DNA of 64,000 nt. Source: Chitinophagales bacterium (GTDB lineage: Bacteria; Bacteroidota; Bacteroidia; Chitinophagales; Saprospiraceae). The stretch covers positions 74,175-138,174 of the forward strand of contig JAYUKX010000056.1 of NCBI GenBank assembly GCA_043764095.1, written 5' to 3'. How positions within the stretch are numbered: position 1 is the first letter of the stretch; each line of letters starts with the position of its first letter. A program made the translations under genes and the position numbers. The notes under the pieces are model-generated. The model saw only the letters and a program-made list of their open reading frames with translations. It had not been told where the DNA came from and did not search any database. This document shows positions 34,243-45,400 of the stretch, in pieces.

Positions 34243-36567
34243 TTATTTTTTTGCCTTTTCTACTCGATAACTACAACCCATATAAAATTCCCTTCCGCGG
34301 GTAGGCCCCCAAGCAAATGCCGGATCAAAACCGACCGAAAAGGGCTGTTCCCAACCCAAAATAGGCCGTTTTTGCCTAAAGTCCAAGAGGTTTTCGCAAC
34401 CTGCAAAAATAGAAAAACGCTTCAAATTCAGTCGCGCCTGTACGCTCGCCATCGTATAGGCTTGCGAATAGTCGGGTCTGCGAAGGGCTTCCGGGTTGAG
34501 GCGGGTATCGGGTAGCCGTTGCTTTGCATACCAGTGGATATTGGTATCGAATTGCCAGCGTTCGTTGGGTGTCCTAACGGTTGCCACACCGAGTATTTTG
34601 TGGCGGGGATTAAAGGGGAGCACTTTTTTTTCGCCATTTTGCACGCGGTAAACATCCAAAAAATTATAGGCCGTACGCAATTCCACGCGGCGTTTCCAAG
34701 CCGCACTAAACTCCAATTGCAAGCCATTACTGATGGATTTGCCCATAAAATTGGCCAAAATTGCTCGGTTAGGTGCGGTATCATAATCTGGAAAAAACTG
34801 GTTCTGAAACCGTGTATGATAAAGATCGCCCGTGAGCGTAAAATTGAATTGATGTAACTTGAAACGTTGGGTGGCATTTACGCCCGTATTCCAAGATTTT
34901 TCGGGTTGTAATGTTTCCACAAATACCAAATCGCGGTTGCCTGTAAGTAGTCCAATTTGTTCGGAAAATAGGTTCACCGTTCGCCACCCCGAGCCGATAC
35001 TACCCCGAATATCGAGGTTGGGAGAAGGGGAAAAGCGCAGCATGGTACGCGGTGTTACCTGCCAACCAAATGTATTATGGTGATCGGCGCGCAGGCCAGT
35101 AATCCAAACCCAACGTCCATCTTTAAAATGAAACGTATTTTCGGCAAAAAGACCAGGAATTTGTTCTTTTTTGAGGTAATTACCTGCATAATTGCGCCCC
35201 AAAGTATCTGGTGGTGCAAACCGAATCGTTTCGTCCAAGTTGAAATGTCGGTAACTCATTCCGGTTTTGAGTTCGTGTAGGTGTTGTTTTCCCCAGTACA
35301 ATTCGTATTGCAAATTGGCGTAAGCATAGCGTTGATTGGCATGGTAGCGGGTAAGCCCAAACCATGATTGTTGGTCTTGAGCGACAAAAGAAGAGAGCAA
35401 GGAAATTTTTCGGTTTTCGTCCCAACGCCAACCTATTTTGGTGCTTATTTCGGGTTGGAAAAAACGCACTACTTGTCCGTAAGAGCGCATTGTGCCTGTA
35501 TCTTGTGGGTAATTGAAGGTTTTTTGACCACCAATACGCTGTTCCTGCACTATTCTTCCTGCCACAAAGGCGCTGAATCCTTTTTCGTTTTCTTTTCTAA
35601 ATCGCCATTTGTTATACACGGAATAACGCGTTAACAGGGGTAAATCAAGAAAATTATCGTTGTCGCGGTCCCAACGCCCCCCCGGTTGAGAGGTATGGAC
35701 GGCCAAGTAATTTGTATATCTTTTTTTATTGGTTGCAACGGCTGTATTCAAGTGTTTTTCGCCAAAACTATTGACCAAAATATCAGCAGTGAACGGTTCT
35801 GCTGTGCCGCCTTCGCGTGGGAATACGGTTATTTGGCCTACCATGGATTCGTAGCCTTGCAGCACGGAATTAGCGCCTTTCACCACCCAAATATTATCGA
35901 GCATACTGCCCGGAATAGTACCTGTGCCGTAAGTATAAGTCAACCCTTGTATCGTTGGAAGTCCATCTATCAGTACTTGGTTATATACGCCACTCAAGCC
36001 GAGGATACGCAGTTCTTTGGCATTGGTAAGGACATTGGTGGTGGTGGGTTGCACCGTACTTTGGGTTTCAAAACAGCCTGCCAGATCGCAACAGGCCGCT
36101 TTTCGCAGTTCGGCTCGGTTGATCATCTCTGTTTTGATGGGTTGTAGCACAGAAACAAATGCCCCTGAATGCTCGTCGAGTATCGTTACTTCTTGTAAAG
36201 TTACTTGGGCAGCCACCTGCAATGTCCAATAACTACTCAGGTCGTCCACAAAAAAAGTATCACGCACGAGTCCAAAAACAACAGCCAATTTGAGTGGTTT
36301 TATGCTCGTATCGGCAGGGAATGGGAGCGCAAATTCACCTTCTTGGTTGGTCGCCGCACCTACACTAGTGCCAAACCATACCACTACGGCATCGGGTAGG
36401 GGCGTGTCCTTCATGTCTGTTACTTGGCCATAGAGGTATTGTGCCGAAAGGATATGAGGGCATGCCGCCAAGACAACGACAACACAACAGTATTGAAACG
36501 CTGCATTGAAAAGCGAACTAAGGATTTTTTTTACCTGAAATATTGAAAATGAACGAAGGGTAAGCAT
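34243..36567 (-). CDS. TonB-dependent receptor with an N-terminal carboxypeptidase-regulatory-like domain and no SusD partner
   Basis: 774 aa. YGQVTDMKDTPLPDAVV marks the CarbopepD_reg-like domain, and a plug region follows (ELRILGLSGVYNQVLIDGLP). The rest is a long beta-barrel ending in an aromatic-rich C-terminus. Confidence 0.85.
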   Translation of the reverse strand: MLTLRSFSIFQVKKILSSLFNAAFQYCCVVVVLAACPHILSAQYLYGQVTDMKDTPLPDAVVVWFGTSVGAATNQEGEFALPFPADTSIKPLKLAVVFGLVRDTFFVDDLSSYWTLQVAAQVTLQEVTILDEHSGAFVSVLQPIKTEMINRAELRKAACCDLAGCFETQSTVQPTTTNVLTNAKELRILGLSGVYNQVLIDGLPTIQGLTYTYGTGTIPGSMLDNIWVVKGANSVLQGYESMVGQITVFPREGGTAEPFTADILVNSFGEKHLNTAVATNKKRYTNYLAVHTSQPGGRWDRDNDNFLDLPLLTRYSVYNKWRFRKENEKGFSAFVAGRIVQEQRIGGQKTFNYPQDTGTMRSYGQVVRFFQPEISTKIGWRWDENRKISLLSSFVAQDQQSWFGLTRYHANQRYAYANLQYELYWGKQHLHELKTGMSYRHFNLDETIRFAPPDTLGRNYAGNYLKKEQIPGLFAENTFHFKDGRWVWITGLRADHHNTFGWQVTPRTMLRFSPSPNLDIRGSIGSGWRTVNLFSEQIGLLTGNRDLVFVETLQPEKSWNTGVNATQRFKLHQFNFTLTGDLYHTRFQNQFFPDYDTAPNRAILANFMGKSISNGLQLEFSAAWKRRVELRTAYNFLDVYRVQNGEKKVLPFNPRHKILGVATVRTPNERWQFDTNIHWYAKQRLPDTRLNPEALRRPDYSQAYTMASVQARLNLKRFSIFAGCENLLDFRQKRPILGWEQPFSVGFDPAFAWGPTRGREFYMGCSYRVEKAKK

Positions 36568-36643
36568 GCGGTTTACACAATTTTTAGCGATAAAATCCTT
36601 AGGAAAGAAATTTAATTAAGGTCATTCCTTACACTATCATTCC

Positions 36644-37636
36644 TCAAAAGAACCGTCTTTGTCGCATAAACCAATATAATCCGCCTGTTAATGCGAAGGT
36701 CGAGGCCACGGTTAACCAAAATGCTAATGGGCTATCGGGCATACCATTGGGGATATTCATCCCAAAAAAGGAGGAAATGAGGGTAGGTACCATGAGTACG
36801 ACGGTGATAATGGTGAGCCGATGGATTACTTCATTCAGGTTATTGGAAATAATACTCGAGTAGGCATCCATCGTGCCGTTGAGGATATTGGTATATACAT
36901 TGGCCATGGACAAGGCCTGCGAATTGTCGATAATAATGTCTTCAAACAATTCCGTGAGGTCTTCATCGCCGTTGATATGTAAGAAATCGGTGCGTTTTAC
37001 CTTCATTTTGAGCAATTCATTGGCATTCAAGGAATTGACAAAATACACCAAACTTTTTTCGATACTGAGCAATTGCTTCAACTCGCGGTTGCGGCTGCTG
37101 TTCATCAGTTCCCGTTCAATCCGGTTACGGCGCAGGTTGAGTTTTTTGAGGCACGACAAAAAGCGATATACGTTTTGCTCCAAAATTTGGAGGACGAACC
37201 GTTTTTCGTCGGTGGGATCAAAATTGCGGACTTTATTCTCAATAAATGTCTCAATAACAGGTGTTTCGATCGCCGATACCGTGATCACATGCTCAATGGT
37301 GAGCACAATACCAATGGGCACAGTGATATAAATGGCTTCGTTATTGCCTTCTTCCTGTACTTCTTTGTTGAGTACGGGCGTATTGATCAGAATAAAACGT
37401 ATATCCTCGTCGCGCTCGTAACGTGCGCGTTCGTCGAGGTCAAGGGAGTCTGTGAGGAAAACAGGATCGAATGCCATTTGACGGGCAAAATCATCCAGCT
37501 CATCCGGCCCAAAGGGAGGGGTAAGATTAATCCAGCAGCCGGGTTCTGGCTCCTGAAGTTCGACTAAGCGTCTTTTTTCGCGTGCGTAATACCGAATCAC
37601 CGTCCATGCTTGCGTGTTTTGTGAATATTGCGGCAA
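36644..37636 (-). CDS. corA: CorA-family magnesium/cobalt transporter
   Basis: The GMN motif (FFGMNIPNG) lies between two C-terminal TM helices. The TTG at 37636 coincides with the end of a -7 box (TATCTTTG, 37634-37641), so the true start may be the GVG... correction: GTG at 37600 (MIRYYAREK...). Confidence 0.85.
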   Translation of the reverse strand: MPQYSQNTQAWTVIRYYAREKRRLVELQEPEPGCWINLTPPFGPDELDDFARQMAFDPVFLTDSLDLDERARYERDEDIRFILINTPVLNKEVQEEGNNEAIYITVPIGIVLTIEHVITVSAIETPVIETFIENKVRNFDPTDEKRFVLQILEQNVYRFLSCLKKLNLRRNRIERELMNSSRNRELKQLLSIEKSLVYFVNSLNANELLKMKVKRTDFLHINGDEDLTELFEDIIIDNSQALSMANVYTNILNGTMDAYSSIISNNLNEVIHRLTIITVVLMVPTLISSFFGMNIPNGMPDSPLAFWLTVASTFALTGGLYWFMRQRRFF

Positions 37637-37694
37637 AGATAGACTAAAAACGTAGAGCGGGTAGTTAAGGAACGAGAAATTAAAAAATCCGCTT

Positions 37695-37702
37695 TATTTT
37701 TG
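37695..37702 (+). promoter_or_regulatory. -7 promoter box TATTTTTG for the GNAT gene
   Basis: Exact TAnnTTTG match 47 nt upstream of the ATG at 37749. Confidence 0.4.
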
Positions 37703-37748
37703 CGCTAAACACATATCATTTCACCAACATTAATCATACCATTGCACA

Positions 37749-38228
37749 ATGACTAGACGCGCCTTGCCTTCCGATTTTGACTATTTTTTTTATCTGTATT
37801 TTCATCCAGACATCCAGCCGTATCTGTTGTATGAGTCGATGACTAAAGCGGCGTTTCAACCTATTTTCGATGATTTACAAGCGAAAAACTTGATTTATGT
37901 ATTTGAACACGAAGGCCAGTCGGCAGGTATGTTCAAGTTGATACCGCTCACCTATCGCACCGATCATATCGCCTACCTCGGTGGTGTGGCCATCGATCCT
38001 GCTTTTATGGGCAAAGGATTGGGACAGGTAATGATGAACGAAATTCTTGACTTGGGCAGAGCGCGTGGTTTGCTTCGGATAGAATTAAGTACGGCCACTA
38101 TTAACGAACGCGCCATCCGGTTGTACGAAAAGATGGGGTTTGAAAAAGAGGGTATTTTACGCAAATATACCTACCTCAAAAGCGAAGATCGGTTTTTGGA
38201 CGAAGTGTTGATGGCGGTGTTTTTGTGA
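37749..38228 (+). CDS. GNAT-family N-acetyltransferase
   Basis: 159 aa with the acetyl-CoA-binding motif GKGLGQVMMNEILDLGR and RAIRLYEKMGFEKEG. Confidence 0.85.
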   Translation: MTRRALPSDFDYFFYLYFHPDIQPYLLYESMTKAAFQPIFDDLQAKNLIYVFEHEGQSAGMFKLIPLTYRTDHIAYLGGVAIDPAFMGKGLGQVMMNEILDLGRARGLLRIELSTATINERAIRLYEKMGFEKEGILRKYTYLKSEDRFLDEVLMAVFL

Positions 38229-38508
38229 TATAAAGTAGTGTATGTAATACGATCAGAATTTACTATTTCTTAAAATTTGCCTCAAAATACCCTTCTCTTA
38301 AAATAACCCTATCCGGTGTGAATGAGGTGCAACAAATGGAGCAGCAGTAGCACACCAGAAGCGTTTTTCCTACATCCAGCGAGTTCTAAAAGACTATCAA
38401 AAAACACCTACTTTTTCGACTTTATCTCGTTGAATTGAGTTTACTCCTCTTTTTACGACAAAACTTAAAAACTTAAACCCTAATTATTTTGCTCTTCCTA
38501 AATAGCAT

Positions 38509-38516
38509 TACTTTTG
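38509..38516 (+). promoter_or_regulatory. -7 promoter box TACTTTTG for the first metzincin paralogue, implying a ~170-nt leader
   Basis: Exact TAnnTTTG match 179 nt upstream of the ATG at 38695. Confidence 0.4.
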
Positions 38517-38694
38517 CGAGGGATTGTTTCAGAAATGCAGACGGAAGTCCCTTTATTTCGACTAAAAGCATCATATCATCGAATATAATCGTTTTATTGC
38601 AACGTTTTATAATAAATTTACACCTTACAAAGACTATTGAGCAGTTTCGTTCTTCAATCACAATTAATACTATATATTTAACTAATATCATTCT

Positions 38695-41600
38695 ATGAAA
38701 AGCAAATTATTACTGTTGTTCTTATTTTCTTTTTCGATACTCCGGGCGCAGGAGTTTTTTAAATCCATCCCATCAAATCAGTTACCTACTGCTGAAAATG
38801 GTAAAGCACGCACTTGGATGCCAACCGCTTACAGCGCGTGGCAACTCAATTTGAACGCCCTTTCTGCGGCGATTCAATCCGCTCCGATGGAATTTACTAC
38901 TGCTGCATACTACAACAATTCATCCGTGGTGGCTATTCCGCAACCCGATGGACGCACGGAGGATTTTGCTATATTTAAGGTGCAATCTTGCGAACAAGCG
39001 ATTTATGACAAACACCCGGAAATCAGGACTTTTGCGGGTCGTTCGTTGAGCAATCCAGCAAAAACTATCCGTGGTAGTATCACGATTCGCGGTTTTCGAT
39101 TGATGATTAACGAGGAAGATAAAAGTACTTCTTTTGTAGAACCTTATTTAGAAGGCAATACAATGTACTATTTGGCATATCGGGTAAATGCTATTTCGAA
39201 AGATCTTTTCCCACAGGGCTTGTCGCGCGGCGTTGCGCCCAATGCACCTGAAAACACACTACCCGATGTAGCGGCTTTGGCTACAACCAGTGGCGTTTCG
39301 GAGCGGAGTACCGAATTGGTGCAATTAAAAAAATACCGTTTGGCTGTTTCTTGTACCGGTGAGTTTGGTCAAGATCATGGTGGTACCAAAGAAGGTGCCT
39401 TTGCAGGTATTGTTGAATACGCCAACTGGACGAGTAGCCTTTTTGAAAGAGATATGGCATTGCGGCTGGAATTGGTAGCCAAAAGCGAAGATGTGGCCTT
39501 TTTTGATCCCGTAACGGATCCGTTCCCGAGTACTAATCCACTTTCTTTATTGGCGACTAATGGACTGGTCATTAATGGTTTTGTTGGTATTGATAAATAC
39601 GATATTGCACATAATTTTTCTCGTTATGATCCTGCTACTGCGGGCGGAATCCTTGGTGTAGCGGGTGCTATCGGCAATGGCTGTGTAGAAAGCAACAAAG
39701 CAGATGGCGTTTCTACGGGTTTTAAAAACGTTGATTATGGTGCTAACTTTGTAAATACTATTGGTCAGGAACTCGGCCACCAGTTGGGAGGAGGACATAC
39801 CTGGAACCGTTGCGGTGGCGGTAATGGCCGCAATGGATCAAGTGCTTTTGAACCGGGTAGCGGCTCTACGATTATGTCGTATGGAGGTGCTTGTGGTAGT
39901 GATAATGTACAATCCGATTCTGATTTGTATTTCCACGCGGGTTCTATTGAAGAAATTAAAGCGTATTATACCTTCTTTTTTGGGGCAACTTGTGGTACAT
40001 TTACCGAAACAACCAACCATATTCCTCAAGTAACGCTACCTTATACCAACGACTTTTTTATACCAATCAAAACCCCTTTTGAACTCGATGGTAGTGCAAC
40101 GGATGAAGATGGTGATACGATTTCTTATTGCTGGGAACAAATGAATACGGGTCCAGAAACGCCTTTGCAAACGCCTGTGGGTAATTCTCCTTTGTTCCGG
40201 ACTTGGCCACCAAATGCCAATACGAATCGCTATTTCCCAGCGTTGGGTAAGGTATTGGCCAATACTTTTGAGGTAACGGAGCAATTGCCTACCTATTCCC
40301 GCGATTTGGATTTCCGCCTTTCAGCGCGGGATAATCGCCCAAGTGATGGCGGTACCAATTGGGCCGATGTGTCCTTCCGCGCAACAGATTTGGCGGGGCC
40401 ATTTGTGGTGATGCAACCCAATCTAGCGTCTGTATCTTGGAAAAGTGGTGAATATGTGGCTGTAAAATGGGATGTTTCCAATACCTTCGCCGCTCCAGTC
40501 AGTTGTAAAAAAGTAAATATTCGCCTCAGTACCGATGGTGGTCTTACTTGGCCTACTACACTCGCAACAGGTGTAACCAATGATGGCGAACACACGATAA
40601 GTGTACCAAATATCGTGACCACCAAAGCCCGTATCCGCGTTGATGCAGCGGATAATGTGTTTTACGATGTTTCCAATTTTAACTTTAAAATAGAAGCACC
40701 CACGCAGCCTTCATTTACGGCGGCAATGAGCGAAAATTCGGGTACACTTTGCTTGCCCAATACGTTCACCGCCGAAGTACTCACGGCTGCTGTTTTGGGC
40801 TTTAGCAATACCGCAACGATTGAGATTGTTGCTGGTAATTTACCTGCCACCGCAACAGTATCTTTAAGCAAAACAAGCGTGCAACCGGGCCAATCGGCTA
40901 CGCTTACTGTGGATATGTCTAATGTAACACAAGCGGGTATATTTACTTTTGATATCAAAGTGAGTGCTGCGGGTGCTACTGATGTCATTTTCCCAGTTAC
41001 AATTACAACAATTACCAATGATTTCTCCACTATGGCGCTGCAATCACCTTCTGATGGTAGTTCCAATTTGGTGCAATCGCAAATATTACGTTGGACAAAG
41101 GCTACTGATGCAGAAACTTATAACCTCCAATTGTCTACCAGTGCGAATTTTGCACCGGGTACTATTGTCGCTACCAAAAGCAATACCCAGTTGGATACGT
41201 TCAAAATACCATTCCTTTTGGAGAAAAGCAAGGCGTATTACTGGCGCATTCGCCCCAATAATGCTTGTAGCCCGCATGCTTGGACAGAGCCGTATTTCTT
41301 TTCAACGCTGACCGAAAGTTGTGCTAATTTTGGCCCGGCGGATCTACCCAAAAGCATTGCGCCGGGTATTTCTTCCGTCATTGAATCTAAAACAGAATTA
41401 TTATCCAATACGATTATTACGGATATCAATATCAAGCAATTAAAGGGTTTTCATGGCGAATTTTCCGATTTGGATGTACGTTTGATTTCACCTGCTGGTA
41501 CCGAGGTGACCTTATTTAAAAGTAAATGTCAGGGATATAATGGCGTTTTTGATTTGGCACTAGACGACAGCGCTCCCAGTTCGTTCTCTTGTCCGCCAAG

Positions 41601-42363
41601 CAATTTAGGTAACTCGTATGTACGTCCACAAACCCCATTAGCGGCTTTTATTGGTCAAAGTGCGCAAGGTATCTGGACGCTGCGCCTCAAGGATGTACTG
41701 GCTGGCGAAGGCGGTACTTTGGAATCGTTGCAATTTGATATTTGTCAGTCATTGGAAGTAAATCCGCCAACAATTGTCACCAATAATATTCTCGGCTTGG
41801 ATAATGGAACGAATAAGGTTGTTTCTTCCGATTATTTGTTGATTAATGATGCCGATAATACCCACGAACAATTGGTTTTGACCTTGTTAACAGTGCCTTA
41901 CCACGGCTACTTGGCCAAGGATGGTATCTCATTGGTGCAAGGTGACAAATTTACCCAATCCGATATAGACAATGGCATTATCCGTTATTACAATGATGGA
42001 ACAGGGGCAACCAGCGATTATTTCCGTTTTGTGGTGAGCGACGGCAATGGCGGTTTTTATGGTACACCTACCTTTTTGATCCAAATCACGGTAGATGCGC
42101 CTGAATTGGCGGCCAACAACTACGCTTTCCGCCTTTCTCCCAATCCAGCACAGGATGCAGTTTGGATTACATTGGAGCAACCTGTAATGGATGATTTAAG
42201 TGTTTTGGTGTATAATACATCGGGACAATTGGTGCGCTCGGAGGTGATGGCCCGCGGCAATACACGCCACCAAATCATGATGGCTACTTTGCCTCGTGGT
42301 ATGTATTTTGTACAGGCCAGCGGTAAAGATGGCGTGCGCGTGGAGAAATTGATGTTGAAATAA
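38695..42363 (+). CDS. T9SS-secreted reprolysin-like metzincin homologue with a variant zinc motif (QELGHQLGGGH), a proprotein-convertase P-domain, a cadherin/CSPG-like domain and a type A CTD (paralogue 1)
   Basis: 1222 aa with a signal peptide. The motif is IGQELGHQLGGGHTW with Met-turn GSTIMSY. The P-domain reads DLDVRLISPAGTEVTLFKSKC...GIWTLRLKD. The CTD reads LSPNPAQDAVWITL...GMYFVQASG. Confidence 0.85.
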   Translation: MKSKLLLLFLFSFSILRAQEFFKSIPSNQLPTAENGKARTWMPTAYSAWQLNLNALSAAIQSAPMEFTTAAYYNNSSVVAIPQPDGRTEDFAIFKVQSCEQAIYDKHPEIRTFAGRSLSNPAKTIRGSITIRGFRLMINEEDKSTSFVEPYLEGNTMYYLAYRVNAISKDLFPQGLSRGVAPNAPENTLPDVAALATTSGVSERSTELVQLKKYRLAVSCTGEFGQDHGGTKEGAFAGIVEYANWTSSLFERDMALRLELVAKSEDVAFFDPVTDPFPSTNPLSLLATNGLVINGFVGIDKYDIAHNFSRYDPATAGGILGVAGAIGNGCVESNKADGVSTGFKNVDYGANFVNTIGQELGHQLGGGHTWNRCGGGNGRNGSSAFEPGSGSTIMSYGGACGSDNVQSDSDLYFHAGSIEEIKAYYTFFFGATCGTFTETTNHIPQVTLPYTNDFFIPIKTPFELDGSATDEDGDTISYCWEQMNTGPETPLQTPVGNSPLFRTWPPNANTNRYFPALGKVLANTFEVTEQLPTYSRDLDFRLSARDNRPSDGGTNWADVSFRATDLAGPFVVMQPNLASVSWKSGEYVAVKWDVSNTFAAPVSCKKVNIRLSTDGGLTWPTTLATGVTNDGEHTISVPNIVTTKARIRVDAADNVFYDVSNFNFKIEAPTQPSFTAAMSENSGTLCLPNTFTAEVLTAAVLGFSNTATIEIVAGNLPATATVSLSKTSVQPGQSATLTVDMSNVTQAGIFTFDIKVSAAGATDVIFPVTITTITNDFSTMALQSPSDGSSNLVQSQILRWTKATDAETYNLQLSTSANFAPGTIVATKSNTQLDTFKIPFLLEKSKAYYWRIRPNNACSPHAWTEPYFFSTLTESCANFGPADLPKSIAPGISSVIESKTELLSNTIITDINIKQLKGFHGEFSDLDVRLISPAGTEVTLFKSKCQGYNGVFDLALDDSAPSSFSCPPSNLGNSYVRPQTPLAAFIGQSAQGIWTLRLKDVLAGEGGTLESLQFDICQSLEVNPPTIVTNNILGLDNGTNKVVSSDYLLINDADNTHEQLVLTLLTVPYHGYLAKDGISLVQGDKFTQSDIDNGIIRYYNDGTGATSDYFRFVVSDGNGGFYGTPTFLIQITVDAPELAANNYAFRLSPNPAQDAVWITLEQPVMDDLSVLVYNTSGQLVRSEVMARGNTRHQIMMATLPRGMYFVQASGKDGVRVEKLMLK

Positions 42364-42474
42364 TTGTAGATTTATCAAACTATATATTTAGATGCGGTTT
42401 GTAGGTGTTTTAATTTTACATGTTAAAGCACTTACAAACAGCCGCTAAAAACGTCTAACCAATCAAGTTCACTT

Positions 42475-45400
42475 ATGAAAGGTAAACTATTACTCATATT
42501 ATTATTCCCTTTTACTGGGCTTTCGGCACAGTCATTTTTTAAATCCATTCCAGCAGGAATGCTTCCAGCAGCCAAAGATGGTGCAACGCGCACGTGGACA
42601 CCGTCGGAATACACCGCTTGGCAACTCAATTTGGATGCCCTTTCTGCGGCGATTCAATCAGCCCCCATTGAATTTACACCTGCTGCTTACTACAATAATA
42701 CATCGGTAGTAGCCATTCCGCAACCCGATGGCACTACGGAGGACTTTGCCATTTTTAAGGTGCAAGCCTGTGAGCAAGCCGTTTACGACAAACACCCCGA
42801 AATCAGGACTTTTGCTGGTCGTTCTGTGCGTAATCCAGCCAAAACGATCCGCGGTAGCATCACTATTCGAGGTTTTCGAGTGATGGTTACAGGCGACAAT
42901 TATAATACATCATTTGTAGAGCCTTATTTGGAAGGACAAACAGATTATTATTTGGCCTATAATGCCAGTGATGCACCCCATGACCTCCTGCCTCCGGGGC
43001 TTACCCGTGGTGTAGATCCAAATACACCAACTTATATCCGCCCCGAACTGCCTGCTACAGTTACACAAGTGGCCGAGCGCGGAAGTGCGGAGTTGGTACA
43101 ATTGAAAAAATATCGTTTTGCTGTTTCCTGCGCGGGTGAATTTGGAGCTGACCACGGTGGTACAAAAGCATTGGCATTTGCGGCAGTGGTAGAATATTCC
43201 AACTGGGTGAGTAGTATTTTTGAAAGAGATATTTCCTTGCGCCTCGAATTGTTAGCTGTTTCGGAGGAAATGTCGTTTTTCAATCCCAGTACTGATCCAT
43301 TCCAATCCCCTATTACCGAAGAATTACTTGCAACGAGTAGTATTGTCATCAATGGTTTTGCTGGAATAAACGGCTATGACGTAGGACACGTATATGGTCG
43401 TTATGTATCTGGTGCCGGTGGCATTGCCGGTGGTAATGGTTGCGTATCGACGAGTAAGGCTAGAGGCGTTTCAACTGGTGATGGTGGTAATAACTATGGC
43501 CCCGGGTTTATCAGTATCATCGGACAGGAAGTAGGACACCAATTGGATGCCGGACATACCTGGAACCGCTGTAGCACGATTGCTGGCCGTGCCGGACAGA
43601 GTGCCTTTGAACCGGGTAGCGGCTCTACGATCATGTCGTATGCGGGTTCGTGTGGTAGCGATAATGTGCAGGGTTATTCGGATTTATACTACCATTCGGG
43701 GTCTATTGAAGAAATTAAGCGGTTTTATACATTTTTTTTTGGTGCTAATTGCGGCACATTAACGGAAACGACAAATCATCATCCTACAGTTACGTTGACT
43801 TATACCAACGACTTTTTTATTCCCATCAAAACGCCTTTTGAACTCAATGGTATTGCAACGGATGAAGACGGCGATGCGCTTTCTTATTGCTGGGAGCAAA
43901 TGAATACCGATATTGAAACACCGCTACAAAGTCCCGCAGGGTCAGTGCCATTGTTCCGTACTTGGCTACCCAATGATAAAACCAACCGCTATTTCCCAAC
44001 CTTGGCCACGGTGTTATCCAATGGATTTGATGTTACGGAACAATTGCCCACGTATTCCCGCGATATGGATTTTCGCCTCACTGCCCGCGATAACAACCCA
44101 AGCGGTGGCGGTGTACATTGGGCCGATGTTTCTTTCCGCGCAACAGATTTGGCGGGGCCATTCGTCGTACAACAGCCGAATACCGCAACAGAAATTTGGA
44201 AAATTGGCGAATTTGTGGCTGTAAAATGGGATGTAGCCAATACGTTTGCTGCGCCCGTCAATTGTAAAAAAGTAAATATCCGCCTTAGCACCGACGGCGG
44301 TCTTACTTGGCCAACCACCCTTGCAACTGGTGTAGCCAACGATGGAGAACATACCATAAGCGTGCCAAATACCACTACAAACAAAGCCCGGATTCGTATT
44401 GATGCAGCAGATAATGTATTTTTCGATGTATCAAATACCAATTTTAAAATAGAAGCACCCACACAACCTTCTTTCACAGCAGCGATGAGCGAAAATTCCG
44501 CTTCGCTTTGTTTGCCCAGTAGTTTTAGTGCACAAGTACTTACCACTTCTGTTTTAGGGTTTAATAATCCCGCAACGATCGCCATCGTACCGGGAAATAT
44601 GCCCTCAACGGCTGTTGTTACACTTAGTACCAACACTGTGCAGCCAGGCGAATCGGCTACGCTCAATGTGGATATGTCAGATGTAAAGCAATCAGGTACT
44701 TTTACGTTCAATATTAAAGTGACGGCCACCGGCGCAGCAGATATTGTATTCCCAGTAACGATCACAACCATTACGAGTGATTTTTCTACCATGGCACTGC
44801 AATCCCCTTCTGATGGTAGTACCAATTTGGTGCAGTCGCAAGTATTACGCTGGTCAAAGGCTACTGATGCAGAAAGTTATAACCTCCAATTGTCTACCAG
44901 CGCGTCTTTTGCGCCGGGTACAATTATCGCCACCAAGAGTAATACACAATTGGATACGTTTAAAATACCATTCCTTTTAGAGAAAAATAAGGCGTATTTC
45001 TGGCGTATTCGACCCAATAACCCTTGTGGGCCACATGCTTGGACAGAGCCTTATTTCTTTTCAACTTTAACAGAAAATTGCGCCAAATTTGGCCCTGCTG
45101 ATCTACCCAAAAGTATTGCGCCGGGTATTTCTTCCATCGTGGAATCCAAAACAGAATTGATCTCCAATACCATTATTACAGATATCAATATCGAGGAATT
45201 AAAGGGTTTTCATGGCGAATTTTCTGATTTGGATGTCCGCTTGATTTCACCTGCGGGTACCGAGGTAGTCTTGTTCAAAAATAAGTGTCAAGGGTACAAT
45301 GGCGTGTTTGATTTGAGTATAGATGATAGTGCACCCAATGCCTTCTCGTGTCCGCCCAGCAATACAGGCACAGCGTATGTACGCCCACAAAGCCCATTAT

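Noticed and set aside
43989-44825. A 278-aa minus-strand ORF inside metzincin paralogue 2, with similar antisense ORFs at 40662-41066, 45646-46131 and 40293-40625.
   Set aside because: These are shadow ORFs antisense to long, clearly homologous coding frames. They are Ser, Ala, Val and Thr-rich and lack a start context or any motif.
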